A stretch of DNA of 64,000 bases. Source: Raillietiella orientalis. Its lineage: Eukaryota. The position numbers and the translations under genes were made by a program. The first letter of the stretch is position 1. Every line of letters starts with the position of its first letter. Positions 13,229-24,970 of this stretch are shown here, piece after piece. The notes under the pieces are model-generated. The model made no database searches, was not told the origin of the DNA, and saw only the letters and a program-made list of their open reading frames with translations. The DNA lies in contig JAYWIR010000004.1 in the NCBI GenBank assembly GCA_036172245.1, forward strand, positions 1,302,001-1,366,000. The letters are read 5' to 3'.

Positions 13229-16200
13229 ATGAGTGATAAATTTTCAAAGGAATTCTCGCTGGCTTGTGAAAAACACAAAGCTACGTTTGTCCCTTTAGTT
13301 GTAACCCTTGGCAACCTTCTTGCATACCTGGATTCGGATTTGGAGTCTGTGTGCACAGAATTTCTAGAGGAAAATGAAGAAATGTCACACCCTTCCACCT
13401 ACAAAATAATTAGCAGTCACAGCATGATCGTTCCAAAAATAGTGATTAAATGCGGCAATGAAGACAAAGCAAACAATCCTATAGTGGCAGTGTTTATCAG
13501 AGGTACAAGAAATTGTTTTGCAAAGTCCAGCATTCGGTTTCATCGATTTTCATTTTTTTTTTTGTTTATGCATTAAGCACTTGCGTAGTTTGTTTTCATT
13601 ACCTTATTGGATTAAGGAGGTTTTATAAATGCCTCAAATCGCCTGTAAGGTTTTGGAACACTTGACAAAGGTAAGGATTATCCTTGAATTTCGATTTCAG
13701 CACATTTTTTTGGTGCCTTACGTTTTATTCGTTGCTGATTTCCTCTGATTGTTTGCGTTGAAATGCGGGGGGGGGGAGGCCTGCAACGCCGTTTCATTGC
13801 AATTTATTTATTTTAATAAATCCATTACTTTTTGAACAGTCTGCGACTGTGTGTACAGCACCGCTGATTCCAAAACGTCACATACAGGAACACTGAATTA
13901 CACTTGGTCAAAGTGTAGTATCAAAGTGTGGTTCTTGAGGATTCCCAGCTCGATGGTCAAAGTTGTGCCACTTTGCTGCTGTCAAATCCTAAATCACAAG
14001 ATTGTGGTCTCTCGACACAAATTTATTACCAAGTAGGCAAGTAGTGTGTAACGGATTACTGGAATGTATGCAAAGAAATGAAGGCCTATATGCTTGACTA
14101 GATGTCCTTCCCCATTCTCCCTGCAGCCTCATGTAAAAAATTGAGGGCAGTTTTTGGACTTGAAGATTCCTCTTTACTTAACACTAATCCACTTTGTTTT
14201 AAAAGGAATAACTCTTGCTGGGATTGCAGTTCACATTACCTTGTAATAGTATTGATATTCATAATCAGTTAATCACATCCCTTGTATTGCGTGTTGATTA
14301 TTCTGCGCCTATTTCTGAAGTTTTGCTATGATGAGAGGAAGTTTATAGTTCCCACCCACCCTAGCCGCGTTGATTTCTTTCGTTCGTTCTTGCATCGCCT
14401 GCTAGCTTTTTGCAAGTGGTTAGCCTATCAGTATCACACTCACGCTTTCTTCTGAGGGCCGCCAAATACGTTAAGAGTATCACCTCGAGACCTCAGAATG
14501 CTACAGGAAGGCTGCTTAGATTCCTGCACTGATGGTTTATTGCTTCAATGCTCCTGCACTGATTGCAGTCATTCTTCAAGCGCTGTACCTACTAGCTTTG
14601 TGAAGCATCGGTGCAGGATTGCAGAATTCGTCTGCTCACCATCTTTTTCTGCCCCACTCTCGGGTCTTATGATATAAACCATTGGGCGTCTGGCTAAGAA
14701 CTGATGAAGTAGGCAAAGCTATCGATTGCTACCTCGGAAGCGTAAGAAACGCTCCGAAAATTGCATCACGAAAAGGACTCGTCGTTAGATCATTGCAGCA
14801 CCGCATTCCCTCCAGTAAATGAACACATTGGGCACCAACAGCGAACCGGCAAACCACTTGCAGGGAATTTCGAAGCTCACTACTCGATAGAATCCTCTTG
14901 GGAATGCCGTCCGCAGTTAAAACGATCAGGCAGTGTGGTCCTAGAAAATTTCCAGCATTTTACACTGTTTTGGATCATGTCTCGATTCGAAATAAAAAAA
15001 TGAAGTATCTCCAGGGTGGCGTTTGGAGGAGTCCCACATTCTGGCCCTGGAGGACTGCTCAAGCATGCTGGACACACTTCAAGAACTTCTGTAAAAACTT
15101 CATGAATTCCTAAGAGATTCTCCTTCTTCGACCTTGTTCCAGGTTATCAAACGTCAGCTTGGATGCATCTTCCGTAGCATCTTTTGTCAACATGTCTTCA
15201 AAAGCACCAAATTTGCACCACCTGACTCTGGATGGCAGTCCCATTGACGACGACGACCTAGAGCTCATTCTGAAGAATCTTCCAAGGTGAATCGAGCTTA
15301 GAACTGTCCAAAAGGAAACCTGTGATTTCAAGACTTCGAAGCCTGTCCCTGCGCCACTGCAAGCTGGGGAACAGAGGACCGCTGATCCTTTCCAAAGCAC
15401 TGAGTCAGCTCCCCAGCTGGAAAGATGAGGGTCTCCAAAGGCTGGACCTCATGAACAACGGGATCACTTGCGAGGGTGCGGAGCACCTGGCTGTCGTACG
15501 AAGCAAGTGGTGGAGAAGCTGCCACTAGCGTTGCGCCTCAATTCCAGGCGCTCCGCAGGAATCGAACTTTGATCTCTCTTGGATTGTGCAGCAACTCCGT
15601 AGGTGACCAGGGGGCGATCGCGTTAGCACACGTGCTCCAGAGGTTCTCTTTACGTCCGGAAGAAGTGAGAGAGAAACGGGAATTGATGATGCGTTACCTG
15701 ATCAAGGTGCGAAGGGAAGCCAGATAGATTGCTTGCTGAGTAGACTTGTTCTTTTTGTTGCTTTCGTGGTGTGTGCCTGATGTTTGTTCCAGAAGATGCG
15801 AATCTCTTGTCTTTCACTTTCGTCAGCCATGCAATCTCTTGCTCCTGTTTTAAAAGTGATCTGTAGAAGGAGCCTTTCAGGAAACAGGCTTCACAGGAGC
15901 GCCTTCTCGGACGAAAGTTCCTGCCTCGAGAGCGCAATCCCAAGATTACCAAATGTCGAGGAAGAAACTAAAAGACATGACGAGAAGGCTTAAGCAAACA
16001 AAGGTGATGCAAAAGCTTTCAGAGAAAAGCAGGCAGTTGGACACCTTGAAGCCGGAAAGGACAATAGAGATCAGCCACTCGTTGGTATCGGAAGTAAAAG
16101 CAGCCGCTGGCAAACTCTGGAGCCCTGGCAATTTGTGCCTTGCATCCCTGAATTTAGCTCGTGAGCTTCTTGAGGTTCATGGTTGCTTTGCTTATCTCAC

Positions 16201-16471
16201 GTCACGGAAGATAATGTGGTTACAGAGGAAGGTCTCTTGGCATTTCTGGTGGCTGTCCGCTACCAGAGTGAGAGCGTGAAGATTTTGCCTAAATACCTGG
16301 GCATAGGCTTGACGAAGATAAATCTTCAGGTTGCCGCAGCTTCCTCTCGATTTTCACTGCAAGCTAGGATGATTCCAGGGAAACCCGATCCTGGAGAAAG
16401 CTTTGATGCTACTGGATCAGAGTTTGGAAGACAAGAACACCTACTTCCGCCATGGAATTTCATCAGCCTAA
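13229..16471 (+). CDS. LRRC71: LRRC71-like leucine-rich repeat protein, 8 exons, 435 aa: join(13229-13502,15015-15090,15143-15286,15333-15495,15548-15706,15881-16160,16211-16329,16379-16471)
   Basis: All introns are GT-AG, phases are consistent (1,2,2,0,0,1,0), the total is 1308 nt and there are no internal stops. The spliced protein contains VFIRG|WRLEE, RI-like LRRs LSLRHCKLGNRG / LDLMNNGITCEGAEHLA / ALRRNRTLISLGLCSNSVGDQGAIALAHVLQRFSL and the C-terminal block SPGNLCLASLNLAHNVVTEEGLLAFLVAVRYQ, which parallel vertebrate LRRC71 as recalled (IRGWKVEE; LRLNRSLLWLSL; PGNKVLLHLNL..N.ITEVGL..FLA.VQYQ). The start codon and the exon 6 acceptor are the least certain parts. Confidence 0.88.
13850..14900 (+). 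pseudogene. Putative decayed nuclease/helicase copy B inside LRRC71 intron 1
   Basis: QEH*I (EHDF-like, ~13885), AFF*GPPNT (GPPGxGKT-like, ~14445-14470), HHLFL (H+F+DE-like, ~14637-14651), LGSVRNAPKIA (L..N+RN...I, ~14732-14765), in the expected order. Very eroded. Confidence 0.25.
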
Positions 16472-16619
16472 TGGACCTGCTCTACTTCTCGAGTCATCCG
16501 TGGAGACGGGTGGGTGCTAAATTTCAAAACAAATATGCCGTGCATATAAAGGAAGGACGAAAGGCAGTCAAGGGGAAATAATGAGCATTAGAAAAGCGGA
16601 GTCAAGAAGACAACGAGTA

Positions 16620-17520
16620 GATCTGATAAGGGAACCGCATACGAGTGACCATCGAAGCATCTCTTGGATTCCCTCCCAGCACATGGCTTCACGAATCATT
16701 AGATCGTGCTCTTGTTATGGGTATTCACAAATGTGTTTTTGAAAAAAAGGAAAAGTGTTTGGGCCGTCAAATAGACGATTTTAGCAATTGACGGTTCCCG
16801 ACCAACAAGAAGCGTTAAGGGAAGAAGTGAACCGGGGCTGCCCGATAAGCTCCCTGCTCTTCATCGGAAAAGCAGCATAGGAAGGAGCTCGCGGAAGCCT
16901 CGTTGACGGAGCCCTTTGGACGCAACTATGCCTTAGCTCACGCCGAGGACCTCGTTCCCTTCGCGGAACCGGAACAAGGGTTGCGCTCGCGCCCCCTCCT
17001 TCTGGTTCTTTATGTAGCGAGTCTCGACTGGTGATCTATCCTCTTACGCTTCTCGAGTCGGCACGGAGCCAAGGTGACGCGGGACCACGGAGTTCGCCGT
17101 AACCAAGCAAGGCGTCTCCCCTCGGCTGATTCGCCAGGACTGCCAGCATGTCGTCAGCTTGAAGACAGCTCCGATCAAGCATCAGCTGCGGGCTCAAAGC
17201 AGTGCGCGCGCGCGCGCCTCAGGCACTGCGCCCTCCGCAAGTTAGAAAACGGGCGCCCCAAGAACCGTATGCTTCTCGAGTCTGGCGTGGTCCAGGGGTC
17301 TTCGAGGAAGCGCGTTGGGTTTCCAGGACGCTGAGCAAGGGACGGGCAAGCCTCCCCGCTGAAGCAGCCAACGAATACGCGCGCAGTCGAGGCGAGGAGA
17401 GGACCGACGTCTCGGCCTGCCGTGAGAAGGCGAAAACTTCGTGGCTGACAGCCCTTCCCGGCTGCTCACGGGCATCAGACCCAGCCGTCGGGAATTTAAA
17501 CTGGGAGCACCCTGCTGCAG
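16620..17520 (+). mobile_element. Degenerate L1-type RT/thumb fragment
   Basis: EVNRGCPISSLLFI (RGVRQGCPLSPLLF) at ~16825-16866; later LSKGRASL (LS..GR). Interrupted by the AT-rich insert. Confidence 0.55.
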
Positions 17521-17531
17521 ACCGTTGCCGA

Positions 17532-18300
17532 TCGAAATCCCGAATGTCAAGATCTCGAAAGATCATTAAAAAATAAATGTACGTGCTCACTGTGTATATT
17601 AATGTGTGTGCAGTTATACACAGATTATCCTACAGTTTCATTTTAACGTACACACTTGCTACTATTTATTGAGATGCATATTATCAGTTTTAAGATTATT
17701 TTCATACCCAACTTTATTAAGATTTACTGATATGCAATTCACATTAATATTATTTTAACATGCGTATTTATTGGTATTTATGGAAATACATATTATTGAT
17801 GCATTTCATAATATGAACTTTATGTTAAAGGTTATAAAAAATAAGCATGTGTGTTTATTATATGTTTTCAACTAGTAATAATGACGTTCCCGACTATGAT
17901 ATCGCACAAAGTTTGTTATATGCACCAATATATATTTATACGAATAATAAACACATATTAAACAAACATCGAATTATGAAAAATAAAAAAAATAATGACA
18001 ATTGAAAAAAATGGGAAGAATAAAAAACGCATAATAAATATAGAATTGCTTTTATGAACTTTGTATAAATGTTAATAATATATATTAATGAAAATTATTA
18101 ATTATACTTATAATATGTGTGTTGACATAAACTTGTAGACTAATCGGTACACAACTATACATACACAAATATACATAATGAGCGTATGTATTCCTTTTTA
18201 TAATCTCTATGATGTATTAATCCATATATTAACATATATTAGCAACGTACATCTTTGTTTTTTTCTCGATCTTTCGAGATTTCCACATTCCGGTTTTCGA
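17532..18300. mobile_element. AT-rich foldback/MITE-like element with imperfect terminal inverted repeats
   Basis: Sharp AT-rich island in GC-rich flanks. Perfect 13-bp inverted match ATCTCGAAAGATC (17552-17564) / GATCTTTCGAGAT (18268-18280) within ~90-bp imperfect arms; further inverted matches inside (17845-17860 vs 17943-17958). No clear TSD. Confidence 0.5.
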
Positions 18301-18309
18301 GCCCCTGCA

Positions 18310-20290
18310 AACAGTCGCGAAGGAAACGGAAACCCTGCTGATGGGAGATGACCTGGCGAGATTTTCGCGAAGGATCGGTCACAGGCAAGTCTGCCCGCCC
18401 CGGCGGTGGCGAACCCAGTCCACTGGAGTCTCAAGCATTCCTGGTCCAAGCGCTCCCCTTTCCTAAAGGCTTGGAAGGTTCCTGTCAAAGGGGCGCGGAC
18501 CAGCTGCTTCGTGCAAGCAGATCGATAAGACCAACCGCCGGTGGCGAGCCACACCTGTCGAGTGCGGCCGTGTGCAAGGGAGGCGTTGGCAGTCTGGCAG
18601 GATCCGTCAACCGCTGGGACTTCCTCTTCTACGGCATCGCCACGATGAGCTGGGGTGGACGAATCGGAAAGGGTGACCGTACAGCGCTGGAAGGTCTGGC
18701 TGCTTTCTAGGAACCCGCCTCCGGGACGGGTATCGACTTGTGCGATCGGACCCCGTCCTTAAGAGGGCGCGCTCGAGGTGCATCTGCGCGACAGGGGTTC
18801 CCACTCGAATGCGTGGCGTCAGCCAGGGGACTGGCTGACGGCTGACGACATTGCCGCGGCTCCCGGCAGATAGGCTGAACCTGCCAGGAGCCGCAGAACA
18901 TCTCCGCGCGTTCATACGGGGGTTCAGTATGCAGACACTTCCGGATTGGGACCGCTTCAAGCGCTCGGTCCGGGAGTTCTGAGACCAGTTCTCTCTGCAC
19001 CGTCCACCTGCGGGGTTTGGAAAGGGGGTTCACAACGGGAGAGCGTATCTGCACGCTCGACGTTACGCAAGGACCCCTGACGTTCGCAGGCTAGCGGAGT
19101 ACTGAGCGGGAGCCGAGAGGCAAGCCTGGCAATCCAGGTCGGCCAGCTTGCTGGACGACCAGAGCAGGGAGCACTCGGCTCCCGCACAGGTAAAAGGAAT
19201 GGTTAGAAAGTTCTACTCCTACCTGTACGCGAGAGCGCCTCCGGAGACGGATGTCGCGCGACTCCTGCTACCGGTAGGCGATCCAGTGATGGGGGAGGAG
19301 CAGAACAGAAGCCTCGATGCACCTTCCACGATGGGCGAGATCATCACCGCCATCGGAAAGCTCAGGAGGCGTAAGGCTCCAGGGAAGGATGGTCTGCTGG
19401 CGGAGTTCTATCAGTGCTTCGCGGCAGAGCTGACTCCCCTGGTACAGCAATTGACCTTGCTGATCCGCGAGACAGGCGACGTTCCCGCCTCGTTTCATTC
19501 GGCAAAGGTCCCTAAGGGAGGAAACCTACGGAGCATGGGCAACTGGCGGCCGATTACCGTGGTAAACGCGGATGCCAAGTTACTAGCGAAAATGTGGACT
19601 CGGCGTCTAGGACGGTTGGCAAAAGGCTTCAAGAAGGCAACGTCGGCGCTTTTGGTGCTGCATTGGGGTTCCCATGCAACGCCCGCCGTCACCACTGGAC
19701 GCAGAGGGGTGTCGACCACAATTGTGTTGAATGTGGGCGGCGAGAATCATTCTCTTACCTGTTAGTGGACGGTGTTGCCCTCCGGTCCCTCTGGGAACGC
19801 TTTGCCGCGGCCTTATGAACCCACGCAGGCAACTCCTGGGACTCTTTAAGACCCCTCTTCGTTCGCGACCCTCTTCGGCCAACAGCCTCCCTTGCAGCCT
19901 TGTGCTGCCTACACGGCATTGCTGCATCCTGGAGCAAAGCAACGGGAGGACCCAGTGATAGGGATGCCAGCGAATGCACTGTCCGCTTCCTGAGGATGGC
20001 AATGCGATGGTCCCACCTGGAATCTCATATTCAGGAAGAGCTTGCCTAAATCCTCCAGAGGATGTGATGGACTCTCCCAGCAGACTGTGATCCCTTCCTG
20101 CGCCCTTCCCAGATCTTTTATTTATTTTTGACTTCTGTCTTTCTTTTTGTTTATACTCCCCTCCTTTCTGCTGCCGAAGTGGACCGTATCGGTCTACGAA
20201 CCGGTGTCCCTGGCAGACTTTGTACATCTAACGCGTGGCTGGACCACTGGTTCAGTCACAGATTCTCCAAATGTTTTATTCAAAAGAATA
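18310..20290 (+). mobile_element. L1/Tx1 LINE with internal deletion: EN remnant, RT N-terminal half, C-terminal finger, 3' UTR
   Basis: ORF 19148-19765 has KAPGKDGLLAEFYQCF and NWRPITVVNADAKLLAKMWTRRL (L1 RT subdomains 0-2), joined directly to LLVLHWG, then CVECGRRESFSYLLVD. T-rich tract at ~20115-20150 and hairpins at 20171-20259. Confidence 0.88.
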
Positions 20291-22077
20291 AGCGCTCCGG
20301 AGCACCCGGGTGGGAATCAAGAGGGCACGTGTCCGGCCGGGCGCGTTTCTCGGTCAATCTGGGGGATTCAGGAGAAAAAAAGGGGGACTCCCGTTATGAA
20401 GTCGGCGACCCCGAACAGTTGCGCCCCGAACAGTGCGTCGCATATTCTTGAGGCGCTTCCTTGTTTCCCGTGCGTGTGCTTTCGTGGCTGCGTGGTAGAT
20501 GCCGTGCTTTTCCCAGGCGCGGAGCCAACGGCCGGTTAGCAACCCCCTCGCCGCCACCACACTGGCGGCGCAGTATCCTGCTTCGCAGGAAGGAGACCTG
20601 GAAGGCTCCAGACGAGGAGGCTATCTCCACTGCAGAACGATATCGCCGTAGCTGCGGCAGCCGACGAAGTACCTTCGGAAAATACAGAGATGCTCTGGTA
20701 GGTGGCCCGTGGCTATACGTGCGCACTCTGCCGTGAGGCAAGCCACCCTGCTTTATGCCGAATGCAAGATGGATGAGGTCGGCGTGAGGGAAAGGGACCT
20801 GGAGTCCCTGGTGACGTTCGGCGCGAGAGGTTGGTGGCAAGTTGCCTGTGACGACGAGGAACTTTCCCCCGCATACCGTTCCGGATCGGGAGACGAAGGG
20901 GATTGATTCCCGGGAATCAATTTCCCCTCCTGCGGGGAATCGGTCGTTGGTCCTCCCCCCTTGAACCCCGACGGCATCGCGCTGCGCGCAACGGATCGCA
21001 GCGTGACCATCAGTCTCTTCAGTTCTCTGGCGCCCACGCTCGGACTCCGTTAACAGTGGACTCTCTGAGCCAAGAACCTCGGTTGATGGACGCCTTGCAG
21101 GTGCTCAAAGAAATCGAGGTCGGGATGGTGGGAGGGGGCGATCCTGTGTTTCGATGAGGTGACGATGAGCAAGTTTTGCGATGAGTGTGAGACCAGTGGA
21201 GGGGGACACCTGAACAAGAGGTGCTGCCCGAAGGTCAAGTGCAGAGGAGGCGAACGGCATAGGCTACATTAGATGAGCATACGGCAAAGGCACATCGCCG
21301 ATCTCCGTAGCAGCCACCTATACTCTCTCCTCTCCTTTTTTCCCCCTTCCTCCCTCCCCTCTTCCCTTGGCCCCGATCTTCCACTCCTCGCATACCGCTT
21401 GCGCATAACTTGGCGAAAAACATGGAGCAGCAAGGACGAACATCCGTGGTGAAATCAGGTGCGGCTTTGGGTACGATGTCGCCGCAAGTCGGAGACTGAG
21501 GAAACGCCAGCCACCGGTGGTCAGACTTGAGCACTTGCAGATGGTTTCCTTGAAAAAAATCGCGCTCCGCGCGATGCGAATGCCGCCTCCTGGACACTAA
21601 CGTACGGAAGACTTCAAGCGAGCGTTGTCGCTAGCGACAAGGGGCGCGTTCCACGGAAGAAGCGCATCTTCACATATCGGCCTTGCGGGAGTCCGAGGTC
21701 GTTTCGAACTGGTGCGAGCGATGGTGCTCCCGCAATCACTGCCGCCTCTTAAGATTGCACAAATAAGAACAGGAGTGGACCTCACAGAAAGGAAACGTTG
21801 CCCCACCATTGCACGGAGATCGGTTTGCTCGACTTCCCTGAGGCACCACAGGGGGGAACTTGCAATCGAGACGCAGGCTGGAAACGGCATGGATGCTTTG
21901 CCGGCACCCGCACTGTCCACACACTCACTGCCGGTGAACGGTGAAATCCCCCGAGTTCCTGACTTTTCACTGCTCCAAGAGATGCCAAGATCTCCCAGCA
22001 GCAGGTCGGAGACATCGAGAGGCGCAGGAAAGACTCCGCACTGGTTTTTAACTTGGGTTTGCCCGGGTTTTTATTTA

Positions 22078-22850
22078 CATAAAAAATAAGCTTACAAGTC
22101 GGTGGTAGGACACTTGGTTCTGCCACGTTACAAATGTAACCATGGGAATCTGCCGAGAACCCGCACGCAGGCCGACGAGGTTCGCCTCGGCAACAGAGGG
22201 CAGGAACCAAAAAAAAATAAAATAAAAACATAAAATATGTTCACATATTCTGAAGGGGTCAGGAAGGGATTACACACACCTGGAGGGTGCTCTCTGCATC
22301 CTGTCCAGGATGTCGAGAAGTTCCTGTTTCAAGGTTCCCATATAGGACCAGCTTGATGCTGTCCTCAAAAGGAGGACCGCAAAATGGATGGCGTCCCTGT
22401 CATCCTGACCTCCGTTGGCATTGCTTCAGGTCGCTTTGATCCCGCGTAGGCAGCAAAGTGCCGCTAGGGATGCGGCCGGCGTGAGAGCGTCGCGCAGGAA
22501 GAAGCGCATCAAAATGTCTCTGGAGTTGACTTTGGGAATCCGCAGGGACGCGGCAAAGCGTTCCCACGGGGGACAAAGGGCAAAACAGTCCACAAGTAGG
22601 TGAGGGAGTGTCTCTTTTTCTCCGTACCTGCTGCAGTTCGAGCTCGCCCCTCACCCGAGTCCAATGTTGTCGACGGGCGCTGCACGGGAGGCCCCAATGG
22701 ATCAGCAGGATCTCTGAATCCTGCCGTTTTAAGTAGAGTGTTCCATTTAAGTTACTCTGGGGGGGCACTGTACCTCCTCCAGAGGAATTTGTAGTAGCTC
22801 TTCCCAGCGTAGCAGTCCTTCGGGTGAGAGACACACGAGATCACAGCGTC
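22078..22850 (-). mobile_element. L1/Tx1 LINE 3' end, near-identical to 4765-5390
   Basis: Direct nucleotide match to the 4.8-5.4 kb copy; extends further 5' (KSYYKFLWRR, QDSEILLIHWG). Confidence 0.85.
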
Positions 22851-24731
22851 CGTCAGCTTCCGAGTTGTCCACGCACCCAGATATTCCTTTTTGTTGTCTA
22901 TAATGCACGTCCCTTCCCACCTTGTTGGAAGGTTGTTTTCCCTTACTCACTGTAGGGAGGGCAGCACTGGGGCAATGGGAGTGAACGATGCTCGCAACAG
23001 ATTCCTGGTGTTCTCCTGGATCTCCCTCAACGACTGACGAGCGTATCTGCTGTTCCATAGGCGGACGTCCTCTGCCTCTCTCGCGCCGTTGACTTTACCC
23101 CATGCGAAAACGGGACTCCTGCAGCCAGGCGATCCAGTTCTCGGAGAGTACGGAGATCCAGGGATTCCTTTGAACCAAGTCAACCATTTGTCAAAGCTGA
23201 TGGCTCAAACTTCACTCGGTGGCCAAGGACGACCGAATCCGGTCTCTCGCAGCCAATTGCTCACTTGGCAAGACTCTACACTGGTTGGTTGGGTCCGCAC
23301 TCTCACATATGACAGACCGACCACACGGTGTGTGCCATGGAGACCACCAGAAGGCCGTATTCACGCGTGGCGCAATGTCGCCTGCGGTGACGATCGCAGC
23401 TTTATGTTTGCACCGTGGACTCGTGGAGGCTAAAGCCCCGATGACAGGGGCCAGAAAATTAGAGACGCCACATCCATCGTCTTCTCTTCCCTCGGGATCG
23501 CACTGAGATGGTCGCACCTCAAGTACTACAAGGTTGCAAAAATTGCGGGAGATGTGTGCTTGAAATATCTAAGATTTTCTACCTTGAAACCGTGAGCATA
23601 ATCAAAATTGCGGACCTTTATTGATTCTTGTGAAATTCTTCACACAGATGATTAAATTTGATGTACAACATTTATGGAGGAGAGTAAAGATAAGCATGAA
23701 ATAATGGCAGAGAAAACGGGTTATCTTCACCCAGTGAACTTGGGTAGTGTTCCATTAGTAGCACATCTTCAGGCCGAATAGTTAGTTAGACAGGATTCCT
23801 TTATTTCCAGTCTCCCTCGGTTCTGTTCTGAGACTTTGCTCACTGATGATCTGCATCCACGTCCATAATGGGACCACATTCAGGCTTTTACAGTCTTCAT
23901 CTATGATCTTTTCGTTGTTCAGAGCCCACACGTGATATCCCTCAAAAATACCTTGGCATGAACTACTGAGAATATGTAAGAGCCCTGGGCCATCTATCGC
24001 ATGCATTTACCTCGTACGGAAATAAGATAATAATGAGATCTTTCCGATGGAATTGGTGAGCCTGAGATGTCCGCGAAACAACTGACGCTGTTAGGAAGAA
24101 ACAGAATTAGCATTTACTATTTTTCTTGTCTTCACTATCTAAGGAGTGCGGTACCTTTTACACGAAAATTAGTTATCGTAGGCACCTTGCATTCATCACT
24201 TGAGTGGAATGATTACTGTAAAATCTTCGCTATCCCATCAGTAAAACCGAACAGAAGAAAAATGCAGCAATGTGTGGAGTTCCTATGGAAAGATTGCCTG
24301 ACAAAAAAAAAAGGGAAACTCAAGTGATTCTTGGATTGCATATTATTTTCATGCTGAGGTTTTCTCAAAATATAGTGCTACTTAGTTATCCTAAATCAAA
24401 ACACAAAATTGGATCGTTGAAGGAGGAATCTTAATTCCACCTTTCAGTGCCTCATTTATCCTGTCAGCACGGTCGCTTTCGGAACCATGAAGCTCTTCAC
24501 ATCTTCCTGTTATTTACCATTTTTCCCCATTTTCACTGTGCACGTGTATTAATTCAGTTGGGAGCCAAGATCAACACATGTATTCCTGTGCTTCCTCTTG
24601 TTTTAGAGGGATTGTCTGTGGTTGATATCAGCAAGCGTCATCGCATAGTATCGAAACATCCTTCGAACCTGAGCTGCCTCTTACGACTACCCATTACAGA
24701 GGAAACAAGAGAGCAGCTTTCGAGATATCCT

Positions 24732-24970
24732 GCCCGCGTCGGAGGCTTTGTGGTTACGGCGTGGCACTATGCGTCGCGGGTTCGAATACTTCGACAGAAA
24801 CTGACGCCACTGCGTCGTGAGTCTCTAGTTCCTCCTTCAAGATGACGCCTGCAAACATTGGGTGCGGCACCGGTTCAAACTGGAGGCCTCCGTGGTAGGC
24901 CGGAACAATGGGAGTCGACCTCCGGGTGCTTTCAGGAATCAAGGAGTGGGGAGCTTCCCCTCCGGTTGTT
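24732..24970 (+). mobile_element. tRNA-derived SINE-like element, 5' part
   Basis: Starts GCCCGCGTCGGAGGC..TGTGGT like the 36906 copy; B-box GGGTTCGAATAC at 24778-24789; body motif GGAACAATGGGAGTCGACC shared with the ~36690 (-) and ~62800 (+) copies. Confidence 0.65.

Noticed and set aside
15793..15993. Alternative LRRC71 exon starting at 15793
   Set aside because: This frame stops at 15993 before the conserved C-terminal block; the 15880 acceptor keeps the frame.
23780..24010. RT fragment of another LINE clade
   Set aside because: The resemblance to D..KAFD.V is too weak to support.
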